A stretch of DNA of 60,502 bases, taken from contig JBJEUJ010000113.1 of assembly GCA_051883775.1 (NCBI GenBank), positions 1-60,502 on the forward strand. Reading direction: 5' to 3'. Below the pieces are notes generated by a model. The model made no database searches. It saw only the letters and a program-made list of their open reading frames with translations, and was not told where the DNA came from. Source of the stretch: Aristaeellaceae bacterium (GTDB taxonomy: Bacteria > Bacillota > Clostridia > Christensenellales > Aristaeellaceae). Positions 19,582 through 30,633 of this stretch are shown here, piece by piece. The translations under genes and the position numbers were made by a program. Each line of letters starts with the position of its first letter. Position 1 is the stretch's first letter.

Positions 19582-19993
19582 TGACCGTGAGGCCACCGGC
19601 GGCCACACGCAATCCAGGGCATGCCCCTGACCGGGACGGAATTCAAGCGCCGTCGCCCGGCCAGGGGCCGTTCTTTTTGGGGGAGGGGGGCTGCCCGCTG
19701 TCAGGGCCGTCCTGTGCCATGCTGGCGAAGCGTCCGCCCGGGGCGAGCGTGCAGCGCTGCTGTGACCTGCTGCCAGCGCATGCTTTCCCCCTGCATCGCC
19801 ACATTGCCGCCCCAAAAGCAGGAATTGACCGGCAAAGGCCGAATAATGCAGCAGAATACCTTTGGAGGCCGGAGCACAAACCGGCAGCGCTGCCTGCCAG
19901 GATGGGCGACGGCAGAAAAAAGCACAGGATGATGGGTCACACGATGCACCCCGGCAACGCATCGCGACAAGCATAGAAAGGATGGTATACCAT

Positions 19994-21964
19994 ATGCAGC
20001 TGCACATTGCCAATGAAAAGGGCGTCCCGATTCAGCCCGGCATGATCGGCCTGTTCTTTGAGGACATCAACTACGCGGCCGACGGCGGCCTGTACGCCGA
20101 AATGATCGAGAACCGCTCCTTTGAATTCCTCGACTGCAGCGGTACCGTGGGCGACTACTACGTGACCCACGACTGCGGCTATGGCTGGCATCCCACCACG
20201 GTCTGCGGCGAGGGCGGCATGGCCTATGTGATGGGCAGCCCCGTCAACCGCAACAACCCGCACTACCTGCGCTTCACCGCCGCGCAGGCGGGCCAGGGCT
20301 TCTGGAACCAGGCGTACAGCGGCATTCACCTGGAGAAAGGCATGACCTACAACGTCTCCTTCTACGCCCGGATGGTGAATTACAAGGGCGACCTGACGGT
20401 GTCCGTGGAGAAGGACGGGCAGGTCTTCGCCCAGGGCAGGGTGGCGTGCGTCCATGTGCCGGAAAAGACCTGGCAGAAGTGGATCCGCTACGAGCTGACG
20501 CTGGAGGCGAAGGAAACCGTATCCGGCGCGCGGTTTGTCATCGCGCTGGATCAGCCCGGCGTGGTGGAGTTCGACTTCATCTCCATGATGCCCGGGGACG
20601 CTGTGGCCGGCGTGTTCCGCAGGGATCTGTTCGAGCTGCTCAAGGGGCTGCATCCGGGCTTCCTGCGCTTCCCGGGCGGGTGCATCATCGAGGGCAACAC
20701 GCTGGACAACCGCTACCGCTGGAAGGAGAGCGTCGGCGCGCCGGAGGGCCGCAGGAGCAACTTCAACCGCTGGGCCCTCCACGGCACGAAGGAGGAAAAC
20801 GGCTGGCACACCCAGTACGCCCACTACAACCAGACCCTGGGCATCGGCTTCTACGAATATTTCCTGCTGTGCGAGCTGATCGGCGCAAAGCCCCTGCCGG
20901 TGGTCAATGTGGGCCTGGCCTGCCAGTACCAGTCCTATGAGCTGGTGGAGATGGATGAGCCGGAATTTGCCGAGTTCATCCAGGACGCGCTGGATCTCAT
21001 CGAGTTCGCCAACGGCCCGGTGGACAGCCGCTGGGGCGGCCTGCGCGCGCAGATGGGCCATCCCGCGCCCTTTGGGCTGACCATGATGGGCATCGGCAAC
21101 GAGCAGTGGCAGACGGACAAGGTGGACTTCTTCGCCCGGTACACGGCCTTCGAGCAGGCCATCCATGCGGTTTATCCTGAGATGAAGCTCATCGGCTCCG
21201 CGGGCCCGGACATCACCTCCGAGCGCTACACGGCGGCCTGGGATTTCTACAAGAAGGAATGCCCCCGCAGGGACAATTTCTGCTACGCGGTGGATGAGCA
21301 TTACTACGTCAAGCCCGACTGGTTCTACGACCATGTGCATTTCTACGACGAATATCCCCGCACGGTGAAGGTGTTCTCCGGCGAGTACGCCGCGCATCCC
21401 GTCAGCGGCATGAACCTGCCTGAGGCCAACAACTTGACGGGCGCGCTGGCGGAGGCGGCGTTCCTCACCGGCGTGGAGCGCAACGCGGACGTGGTGGTGC
21501 TGGCCTCCTACGCGCCGCTGTTCGCCCGCATCGGCTACGCCCAGTGGTCGCCGGACATGATCTGGTTCGACGAGGAGAAGGCCTACGGCACCCCCAGCTA
21601 CTGGGTGCAGAAAATGTACGGCGAGAACATGGGCACGGTGACCATCCCCATGCACGGCCAGGACAGGGCGCTGGAGCAGGCGCACCTGTATGTGAACCTG
21701 AGCCTGGACGAGCGCACGGACGAGATCATCATCAAGGCTGTGAACCACAGCGATGCGGATCAGGCCATCGAGCTGGCTTCCCCCGTGCCCCTGGCGGACA
21801 CCATGACCCTGCAAATCCTCGCCTGCGCGGACGGCCCGGACAGCTACAACAGCCCCGCCGCGCCGGACAAGGTCAGCGCCCGCAGGGAGACCATCGCCTG
21901 CGAGGGCCGTCTGCCGGTGCCCGCGAACAGCTTTGTGGTGGCGCGGGTGAAGCGGCGCGGCTGA
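19994..21964 (+). CDS. GH51 alpha-L-arabinofuranosidase (cytoplasmic; N-terminal beta-sandwich type)
   Basis: Start at the ATG at 19994, after AAAGGA. 'GLFFEDINYAADGGLYAEMIENRSFEF', acid/base context 'GIGNEQW', nucleophile context 'VFSGEYAAH', and the C-terminal Alpha-L-AF_C-like 'YAPLFA...WSPDMIWFD'. Confidence 0.85.
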   Translation: MQLHIANEKGVPIQPGMIGLFFEDINYAADGGLYAEMIENRSFEFLDCSGTVGDYYVTHDCGYGWHPTTVCGEGGMAYVMGSPVNRNNPHYLRFTAAQAGQGFWNQAYSGIHLEKGMTYNVSFYARMVNYKGDLTVSVEKDGQVFAQGRVACVHVPEKTWQKWIRYELTLEAKETVSGARFVIALDQPGVVEFDFISMMPGDAVAGVFRRDLFELLKGLHPGFLRFPGGCIIEGNTLDNRYRWKESVGAPEGRRSNFNRWALHGTKEENGWHTQYAHYNQTLGIGFYEYFLLCELIGAKPLPVVNVGLACQYQSYELVEMDEPEFAEFIQDALDLIEFANGPVDSRWGGLRAQMGHPAPFGLTMMGIGNEQWQTDKVDFFARYTAFEQAIHAVYPEMKLIGSAGPDITSERYTAAWDFYKKECPRRDNFCYAVDEHYYVKPDWFYDHVHFYDEYPRTVKVFSGEYAAHPVSGMNLPEANNLTGALAEAAFLTGVERNADVVVLASYAPLFARIGYAQWSPDMIWFDEEKAYGTPSYWVQKMYGENMGTVTIPMHGQDRALEQAHLYVNLSLDERTDEIIIKAVNHSDADQAIELASPVPLADTMTLQILACADGPDSYNSPAAPDKVSARRETIACEGRLPVPANSFVVARVKRRG

Positions 21965-22002
21965 CCTTCCGGCATCAGGAACGCCTGCTGACAAACCAAC
22001 AT

Positions 22003-22049
22003 GCCCTCCGCTGCGGAACAGCCCTTCCGCAGCGGAGGGCTTTTCTGTT
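22003..22049 (+). terminator. Strong intrinsic terminator
   Basis: A 16-bp perfect stem, GCCCTCCGCTGCGGAA / TTCCGCAGCGGAGGGC, with a 6-nt loop, followed by TTTTCTGTT. Confidence 0.8.
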
Positions 22050-22455
22050 GCCGCGGCAAAGGCGGACAGGACGTCTTTGCGCGCAGGGAACGCTGCCCGC
22101 ACGAGCGTGCCATTCGACCGGCGATAGCATGAAAATTGGTTCAAAACAGATCAAATTGCATACAATCTTTTGTGAAAAATGTAGACAATGGGAAAACTGT
22201 GTGATATAATCCGTGATAACCAAACCAAACGGAAGGAAATCCACCAGATCGCGCATGGATGGTTCCTTCGATGTTTATGGGCAGCTTTTATTGCACGTTT
22301 ATCTTATTTTATATGCCAGTCCCTCGGTTATAGGACAGCCTGATCAATGCTCTGAATGCAAATGGCCTGGGAAGGCTCTTAAACAATTCTGTCATTGGAG
22401 AAACCCGGAAGCATTGTCTCTAAAAGATGATAACGGAAGGCGGGAGGAATTTTTC

Positions 22456-23889
22456 ATGAGAAGAATTTGTCTGCTTGTGTGCGTCTGTTTGCTTTTGCTG
22501 CCAGGAGGCGCGGTGATGGAGGGCAATGAAGCGCTGCCGGTTCCGTCCTTCAGGAATGTGTCGGTGCACGACCCGTCCATGATCCTGGCGGACGACGGCT
22601 GGTTCTATATCTACGGCAGCCACATGGCGGCGGCGAAGTCCCGGGATCTGATCGCCTGGGAGCTGATCTCAAGGGGGCCGTCGGATCAGGAATGCACCCT
22701 GGTGGAGCAGGTGCAGGAGCAGATGAGCGAGGCGCTGACCTACGCCCGGACCACCACCTTCTGGGCGCCGGATGTGGTGCAGCTGCGGGACGGCTCCTAC
22801 GCCATGTACTACTGCGCCTGCGAGGGCTCCAGCCCCCTGTCGGCCCTGGGCCTGGCCTATGCGGACGCGCCGGAGGGGCCCTATGTGAATCAGGGCATCC
22901 TGCTCAGGTCCGGCGCCGCGGGCTACAACGCAAGCTACTATCCCAACGCGGTGGATCCCTGCGCCTTCTATGACAAGGAGGGCCGGCTGTGGATGGTGTA
23001 CGGCTCCTACTCCGGCGGCATCTTCATCCTGGAGATGGACCCGGAGACGGGCTATCCGCTGGAGGGGCAGCTGCCCTACGGCGCCAAGCTGCTGGGCAAC
23101 AACCACGCCCGCATTGAGGCCCCCTACATTCTCTACAGCCCGGAGACGGACTACTACTACCTGTTCCTGTCCTTCGGCGGGCTGGACGCCAACGGCGGCT
23201 ACAACATCCGCGTCTGCCGCTCCGAAAGCCCGGACGGCCCCTATGTGGATCTGCAGGGCAACGAAATGATCCGCTGCGGGGGCAGCAACGGCACCTTCTT
23301 CAACGACCCGGACTACGAGCCCTACGGTGTGAAGCTCATGGGCGGCTATCAGATCAAGCCGGTGGCGGGGGAGAAGAACCAGATGAGCGTGGCCTACCGC
23401 AGCCCCGGCCACAATTCCGCCTGGTACGATCCGGATACCGGGCGCTACTTCCTGATCTTCCACACCCGCTTCGCCAATTCCGGCGAGAGCCACTCCGTGC
23501 GGGTTCACCAGATGTACATGAACGAGGACGGCTGGCCGGTGGTGTCCCCGCTGCGCTATGCGGGCGAAATGCCGGAAAAGGTGGCGGCGGAGAAGATTCC
23601 GGGGCTGTACAAGGTGCTGGACCACGAGCATGACATCAACGCCGTGGAGCATGTGTCCGATACCGCCGTGCTGCATGAGGACGGCACGGTGACGGGCTGC
23701 GTGGAGGGAACCTGGGCGTGCGAGGATGGGGTGCACATCACCCTGCGCACCGGGGAGGAGACGCTGAAGGGCGTTGTCCACACGGCGCTGGATGCGGGAC
23801 AGAAGGAATGGGTGGTATGCTTCTCGGCGCTGGATGAGACGGGCGCGGCGCTGTGGGGCACCCGCGCCACCTGTCAGGAGGAACCGTAA
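22456..23889 (+). CDS. Secreted GH43 hydrolase (arabinanase/arabinofuranosidase/xylosidase-type five-bladed propeller)
   Basis: Start at 22456 gives the signal peptide 'MRRICLLVCVCLLLLPGGAV'. GH43 motifs are 'VHDPSM', 'FWAPDVV', 'DPCAFYD' and 'IEAPYILY'. Confidence 0.85.
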   Translation: MRRICLLVCVCLLLLPGGAVMEGNEALPVPSFRNVSVHDPSMILADDGWFYIYGSHMAAAKSRDLIAWELISRGPSDQECTLVEQVQEQMSEALTYARTTTFWAPDVVQLRDGSYAMYYCACEGSSPLSALGLAYADAPEGPYVNQGILLRSGAAGYNASYYPNAVDPCAFYDKEGRLWMVYGSYSGGIFILEMDPETGYPLEGQLPYGAKLLGNNHARIEAPYILYSPETDYYYLFLSFGGLDANGGYNIRVCRSESPDGPYVDLQGNEMIRCGGSNGTFFNDPDYEPYGVKLMGGYQIKPVAGEKNQMSVAYRSPGHNSAWYDPDTGRYFLIFHTRFANSGESHSVRVHQMYMNEDGWPVVSPLRYAGEMPEKVAAEKIPGLYKVLDHEHDINAVEHVSDTAVLHEDGTVTGCVEGTWACEDGVHITLRTGEETLKGVVHTALDAGQKEWVVCFSALDETGAALWGTRATCQEEP

Positions 23890-23934
23890 TGCCCGGGCCT
23901 TGAACCCGGGAAAGGATAAGGAGGGACAACACGG

Positions 23935-26798
23935 ATGCGAAAAGGGATACTGCTGGCCCTGACGCTTGTGATGGTGCTTCTCTGCGGGAGCGTCGCTGCT
24001 GAATCGGACGATCAGTCCGGCTGGATGACCTTCTCCAGCGGCACGGAGAACCAGTATGCTCAGGTGCAGGAACAATACACCCTGCCGCTTTACGGCGGCG
24101 ATGCGGTGGCGAGCGAGGCTGCGCTTGTGCTGGCCATCGGCGAGCGGGGCGATGCTGTGATCAGCGTGCCGGAGGATGGCCTGTACGAGCTGTGGCTCAC
24201 CTACAGGAACACCACCCAGAGCGCGCTGCCGACCGAAATGGCAGTGACGATCGACGGCGTGCTGCCGTTCTACGAGATGCAGCGCGTGAAGCTCAAGTCG
24301 CTGTGGGTGGATGACGGCGAGTTCCCGCTGGATCGCTATGGCAACGAGGTTGCCACGACGCCCTGGTCGGCGGACGTGCTGCAGGACGTGGGCGTCACCG
24401 ACTCCGCGGGGCGCGTGGACAGGCCCTTCCTGTTCGAGCTGACGGCGGGCGAGCATGCCGTCGCCTTTGAGGTGCTCAACGGCGGCGTGGAGATCACCGC
24501 CATCACCCTGCGCAGCCCGGAAACCGTGCAGGCGTACGCCCCCGGCAGCGCGGCGGGCGACGCGCTGATTGTGGCGGAGGGTGAAAGGATCGACAGCCGC
24601 AACAAGTCCTCCATCCGCGGCGCAGGCGAGTTCACCCCCGAGCTGAACCCCTACAGCGTGGAAAAGCGCCTGATCAACCATCTGGACGGCGCATCCTTTG
24701 ACACGGCGGGGGATACCGTGACCTACCGCTTCACGGCGGAGGAGGAGGGCTGGTATCAGCTGGCCTTCTACTACCGGCAGAGCGCCAAGACGGATTTCCC
24801 CGTGTTTGTGGATGTGCGCATTGACGGGGCGCTGCAGAGCGAGGAGGCCCGCGCCGTCGCCTTTGACTACACCACCGCCTTCCGGCTGATGACGGTGGGG
24901 GACAGCCGGGGCGAGCCCCAGCGCTTCTTCCTCTCCAGGGGCGAGCATACGGTCAGCTTCACCATCAACTGCTCCATGCTGACCCCCGTGTACCAGACCA
25001 TTGACGAGCTGCTCAGCGCCATCAACGGCCTGTCCCTGGAAATCACCCGCCTGACCGGCGGCGTGACCTCGGACAAGTACCGCGACTACAACCTGCTTGC
25101 CTACATCCCCAACCTGGTGGAGCTGCTGGAGGGCTGGGCGGATCAGTGCGATGAGGCGGTTGCCGCCATGGCGCAGTACACCGATGCTGACAACATGGGC
25201 CTGTTCTCCAACATGACGCTCTGCGCCGACCAGCTCCGCCGCCTGGCCAAGGAGCCGGAGGATCTGCCCCGCCGCCTGAGCGAGCTGTCCACGGGCTCCA
25301 ACTCCGCCAGCCGCATGCTGGCCCAGCAGCTGCAGGACCTGGCGGTGAACGACCTGGCCATTGACCAGTTCTATTTCTACCAGACCGACGCCCAGCTGCC
25401 CGGCAAGGTGAACTTCTTCCAGAGCGCCGTGCTGAGCGTGCAGCGCTTCGTGTCCTCCTTCAGCGCGCAGGATTACTCCGCCTCCTCCGGCAACAGCGAG
25501 CATCTGCAGGTGTGGATGGGCCGCAGCCGCCAGTATGTGGAGCTTTTGCAGAACATGATCGACACCCGCTTCACCCCGGAGACCGGCATCGTGGTGGACC
25601 TGTCCCTGATGCCCGACGCCAACAAGCTGGTGCTGGCCAATGCCGCGGGCACCGCGCCGGACGCGGTGCTGGGCCTGCAGTACGTGGTGCCCTCCTACCT
25701 GAACATCCGCGGTGCCCTGTATGACCTGACCCGGTTTGAGGACTTCGGCGAGGTGGCCTCGCGCTTCTCCTCCGGCCTGTTCGTCCCCTATATCCTGGGG
25801 GACGGCGTGTACGCCATGCCGGAGACGGTGAACTTCTGGGTGCTGTTCTACCGCACCGACATCCTGAAGGCGCTGAATATTGAAGTGCCCAACAGCATGG
25901 AGGAGGTCAAGCTGATCCTCCCCGAGCTGCAGCGCCGCAACATGAACTTCTACTTCCCCACGGCGGGCATGGTGGGCACCAAGGTGTTCCCCGGCACGCT
26001 GCCGTTGATTCTGCAGGCGGGCGGCTCCATCTACGCTGACACGGTGGCGGACACGACGCTGGACAGCGAGGCATCCCTGAACGGCTTCCGCGAGATGACC
26101 GAGCTGTTCACCGTGTACAACATGCCCACCGATGTGCCGTCGCCCGGCTTCTATCAGCAGTTCCGCGACGGTACGCTGCCCATCGGTATTGCGGACCTGT
26201 CTACCTACAACCTGCTGCTCAACGCCGCGCCCGAGCTGGACGGCCTGTGGGACATTGCCCTGTATCCCGGCCTGGAGGATGAAAACGGCGAGGTGCAGCG
26301 CTGGACCACCGGCGGCGCGGAGACCATGGCCATTCTCAGCCAGACCGAGCGTCCTGACGACGCCTGGACCTTCCTGAAGTGGTGGTCCTCCGACGAGATC
26401 CAGAGCCAGTTCGGCTCCCTGCTGCAGTCCACCTATGGCTCCGAATACATCTGGCCCACTGCCAATACGGAAGCCTTCGCCTCCCTCCCCCTCAAGAGCA
26501 GCCATAAGAAGGTCATCATGGAGCAGATGGAGTGGATGACCGAGGCTCCCTGGGTGCTGGGCACCTACATGCTGGAGCGCGAGCTGTCCAACGCCTTCAT
26601 CTCCGTGGTCACCGACGGCACCGACGCCCGCCGCGCCCTGGATACCGCGGTGAAGCGCATCAACCGCGAGACCTACCGCAAGCTGGAGGAGTTCGGCTAT
26701 TACAAGGATGGCGTGATGCTCAAGGAGTTCCCGACGCCCAATGCCTCCGTGGTGAAAAAGCTGGTCGAGGAAGCCCGGCAGAAGGAGGGAGCAGCTGA

Positions 26799-26802
<4 letters not shown>
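23935..26802 (+). CDS. Giant (955 aa) extracellular solute-binding protein with N-terminal CBM-like extension
   Basis: It has a signal peptide. The C-terminal ~450 aa look like an ABC SBP ('WVLFYRTDILKALN', 'FLKWWSSDEIQ'). The N-terminal ~450 aa are beta-rich ('VTYRFTAEEEGWYQLAFYYR'). RBS GGAGGG. It is translationally coupled to the permeases. Confidence 0.75.
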
Positions 26803-27680
<878 letters not shown>

Positions 27681-27696
27681 GAAAGGAGGGAAACAC

Positions 27697-28563
27697 ATGG
27701 CGATCAACGGAAGCAAGGTCAATCCCAGGAAGTTCCACCGCAACCAGATCCCGTTCTACCTGTATCTGATACCCGTTGCCATCTTCATGGGCTTGCCCAT
27801 CATCTACATCATCAACCATGCCTTCAAGCCCATGGATGAGCTGTTTGCCTTCCCGCCCAAGTTCTTCGTGAGCCATCCGTCGCTCATCAATTTCCAGAAC
27901 CTGTTCCAGCAGGCGGCGGGTTCGTCCATCCCGATTTCCCGTTATGTGTTCAACTCCATCGTGGTCACGGTGGCGGTGGTGGTGCTCAGCGTGGTGATTT
28001 CCACCATGGCCGGCTTTGCCCTGTCGAAGATGAAGTTCAAGATCAGCGGCTTCATCTATGAGGCCAACAACATCGCCCTGATGTTCGTGGCCACGGCCGT
28101 GACCATCCCGCGGTACCTGACCATCAATGCCATTGGCATTCTGGATACCTACTGGGCCCACATTCTGCCGCTGGTCGCCATGCCCGTGTGTCTGTTCCTC
28201 ATCAAGCAGTTCATCGACGGCGTGCCCAACGCGCTGCTGGAGGCGGCGCAGCTGGAGGGCGCCAACGCATGGACCATCTACCGCAAGATTGTGATGCCCA
28301 TGGTCAAGCCCGCCATCGCCACCGGCGCGATCCTGTCCTTCCAGACCGTGTGGAACAATACCGAAACCTCCAGCCTGTTCACCTCCAGCGAGAGCATCCG
28401 TACCCTTTCCTTCTACATGAACACGCTGACCAGCGTGGGCACCGTGCAGGGACAGGGCATGGCGGCTGCCGCCTCGCTGATCATGTTTGTGCCCAACCTG
28501 GTGCTGTTCATCATCATGCAGAGCAACGTGATGGATACCATGGCGCACAGCGGCCTGAAGTAA
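27697..28563 (+). CDS. Carbohydrate ABC transporter permease
   Basis: Start at 27697, after GAAAGGAGGG. EAA loop 'ALLEAAQLEGANAWTIYRKIVMPMVKPA'. Confidence 0.9.
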   Translation: MAINGSKVNPRKFHRNQIPFYLYLIPVAIFMGLPIIYIINHAFKPMDELFAFPPKFFVSHPSLINFQNLFQQAAGSSIPISRYVFNSIVVTVAVVVLSVVISTMAGFALSKMKFKISGFIYEANNIALMFVATAVTIPRYLTINAIGILDTYWAHILPLVAMPVCLFLIKQFIDGVPNALLEAAQLEGANAWTIYRKIVMPMVKPAIATGAILSFQTVWNNTETSSLFTSSESIRTLSFYMNTLTSVGTVQGQGMAAAASLIMFVPNLVLFIIMQSNVMDTMAHSGLK

Positions 28564-28578
28564 GGAGGAACATGGAGG

Positions 28579-30633
28579 ATGAAGATGAAACGAGTCCTTT
28601 CCTTCTTGGCGGCGCTGCTGGTGCTGCTGGCCATGGTGCCTGCGCAGGCCGCGACGCCCTACCGAACCTATACCGTCGGCACCACCAACCGGATGGTGGA
28701 AACCCAGACCGCCTATGAGCCCGTGCGCTACATGACGGACTTTGGCGATGTGACCCTGGACGACCCCCAGGACATGCGCCTGGGCCCCGACGGCAACCTG
28801 TACATTGCCGACAACGGCGAGAAGTACGTGCTGGTGATCTCCCCCAGGGGCGAGTTCATCAAGACCATCGGCAGCAAGAAAACCCTGCGCTCCGCCTACG
28901 GCGTGTTCGTGGACGACAACCTGAACGTGTATGTTGCCGACCAGAACGGCAACCAGGTGGTGGCCTTTGACCAGGATGGCAACGTGCTGCGCACCTTTGC
29001 CAAGCCTGAGCATCCCCTCTACGGCGACGCGCCCTTCAAGCCCAACAAGGTGGTGCTGGACAAGCGCGGCAACCTGTACATCGCCAGCCAGGGCAGCACC
29101 AACGGCATCATTCAGATTTCACCCGCGGGCGATGAGGAGAACGGCGAGTTCCTGGGCTACTACGGCGCCAATACCTCGTCCGTGTCCTTCATCATGGCGA
29201 TCATGCAGCAGGTGCTCACCGATGAGCAGCTGGGCCTGCTGGGCAGCATTGTGCCTCCGTCGGTGACCAACCTGACCATTGACGAAAAGGGCATGGTCTA
29301 CGCCGTCAGCCCCGCCGATGATTCCCGGGTGCTGCGCCGCCTGAACGTGGCGGGCACCAACACCCTGAACGTCAAGGCATGGGTGCGCAACGACGGCGAG
29401 ACCAACGCGGCTGTGGCGGTGCATCCCTTCGGGTCCATCTTCACCGTGACCAACAGCGGCACCATCATTGAGTACTCCTCCGAGGGCGACCTGCTGTTCT
29501 ACTTCGGCTCCACCGGCACCACCCGCATCGGCAACTTCAGCACGGTCACGGGTATCGCCGTGGATGAGGATTACAGGCTGTACGTGCTGGATTCCCAGCA
29601 GAAGTGCATCCAGGTGCTGCAGCCCACCGAGTTCACCAACCTGGTGCACGAGGCCTTCACCCTGTTCAAGGATGGCAAGTACGCCGCATCCAAGGTGCCC
29701 TGGACGCAGGTGCTGCGCATGAACTCCATGTTCACCTACGCCAGCGTGGGCCTGGGCGAGGCGCTCTACCGCGAGAACAACTTCGAGGAGGCCATGGAGG
29801 CCTTCCGCAACGGCGGCAACTACACCGGCTACTCCGACGCCTTCTGGGAGCAGCGCTCCACCATGATGCACGACTATCTGGGCACGGTGCTGATCTGGCT
29901 GGCGGCGATCGTTGTGGCCTGGCAGGTGCTCAAGCGGCTGAACCGGCGTCTCCACTTCCTGGATCCCCTGGGCAAGGCATGGCGCTGGTTCACGGGCCTG
30001 AAGTACGTCCGGCAGACCAGCTTCTGCCTGTACATGCTGCGCAACCCCTACGACTGCTGCTACGGCATCAAGCGCGAGGGCAAGGCGAGCTGGCTGAGCG
30101 CATGCATCGTGATGGTGATCTTCTTTGTGGAGTTCGTGCTGAACAAGTACTTCTCCGGCTTCCTGTTCAAGAGCACGCCGGACGGGTACTATGAGCTGTT
30201 CAACGACGTGGTCATGGTGTTCGGCGTATTCCTGATGCTGGTCATCTGCTGCTATCTGGTATGCACCATCCGCGAGGGCGAGGCCAAGCCGAGGGACCTG
30301 TTCATCGGCGGCGCCTATGCGCTGGCGCCCATGGTGGTATTCCAGCCCATCCACCTGATCCTGACCAATGTGCTGACCTACAATGAGGAATTCTTCATCA
30401 CCCTCCTCAACGTCGTTTCCATTGGCTGGACGGTGCTGCTGATCGTGCTGATGATTATGTATCTGAACGACTACTCCTTCAAGCAGACCCTGTCCACCAT
30501 CGTCATCACGGCCTTTACGGTGCTGGTCATGGTGTGCCTGATGTTCGTGCTGTATGTGCTGATTTCCCAGCTCATTGATTTCGTGGCATCCATTTACGGA
30601 GAGGTGGTGTATCGCTTTGTTAAGAAGGTATAA
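28579..30633 (+). CDS. Secreted NHL-like beta-propeller fused to a C-terminal Yip1-like multi-TM domain
   Basis: It has a signal peptide and repeated 'G.LY(I/V)AD..N..V..F...G' blades (for example 'GNLYIADNGEKYVLVISPRGE', 'NVYVADQNGNQVVAFDQDGN', 'GNLYIASQGSTNGIIQISPAG'). A TPR-like segment follows, then 5-6 hydrophobic helices at the C-terminus. Confidence 0.6.
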   Translation: MKMKRVLSFLAALLVLLAMVPAQAATPYRTYTVGTTNRMVETQTAYEPVRYMTDFGDVTLDDPQDMRLGPDGNLYIADNGEKYVLVISPRGEFIKTIGSKKTLRSAYGVFVDDNLNVYVADQNGNQVVAFDQDGNVLRTFAKPEHPLYGDAPFKPNKVVLDKRGNLYIASQGSTNGIIQISPAGDEENGEFLGYYGANTSSVSFIMAIMQQVLTDEQLGLLGSIVPPSVTNLTIDEKGMVYAVSPADDSRVLRRLNVAGTNTLNVKAWVRNDGETNAAVAVHPFGSIFTVTNSGTIIEYSSEGDLLFYFGSTGTTRIGNFSTVTGIAVDEDYRLYVLDSQQKCIQVLQPTEFTNLVHEAFTLFKDGKYAASKVPWTQVLRMNSMFTYASVGLGEALYRENNFEEAMEAFRNGGNYTGYSDAFWEQRSTMMHDYLGTVLIWLAAIVVAWQVLKRLNRRLHFLDPLGKAWRWFTGLKYVRQTSFCLYMLRNPYDCCYGIKREGKASWLSACIVMVIFFVEFVLNKYFSGFLFKSTPDGYYELFNDVVMVFGVFLMLVICCYLVCTIREGEAKPRDLFIGGAYALAPMVVFQPIHLILTNVLTYNEEFFITLLNVVSIGWTVLLIVLMIMYLNDYSFKQTLSTIVITAFTVLVMVCLMFVLYVLISQLIDFVASIYGEVVYRFVKKV

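Noticed and set aside
22669-26505. 1278-aa ORF on the minus strand, the longest ORF in the window
   Set aside because: It lies entirely antisense to the GH43 and 955-aa SBP genes, which have clear family motifs, RBSs and signal peptides. Its translation is low-complexity Ala/Gly/Arg/His/Val/Leu/Gln typical of stop-free antisense frames in high-G+C DNA. It has no RBS and no recognisable motif.
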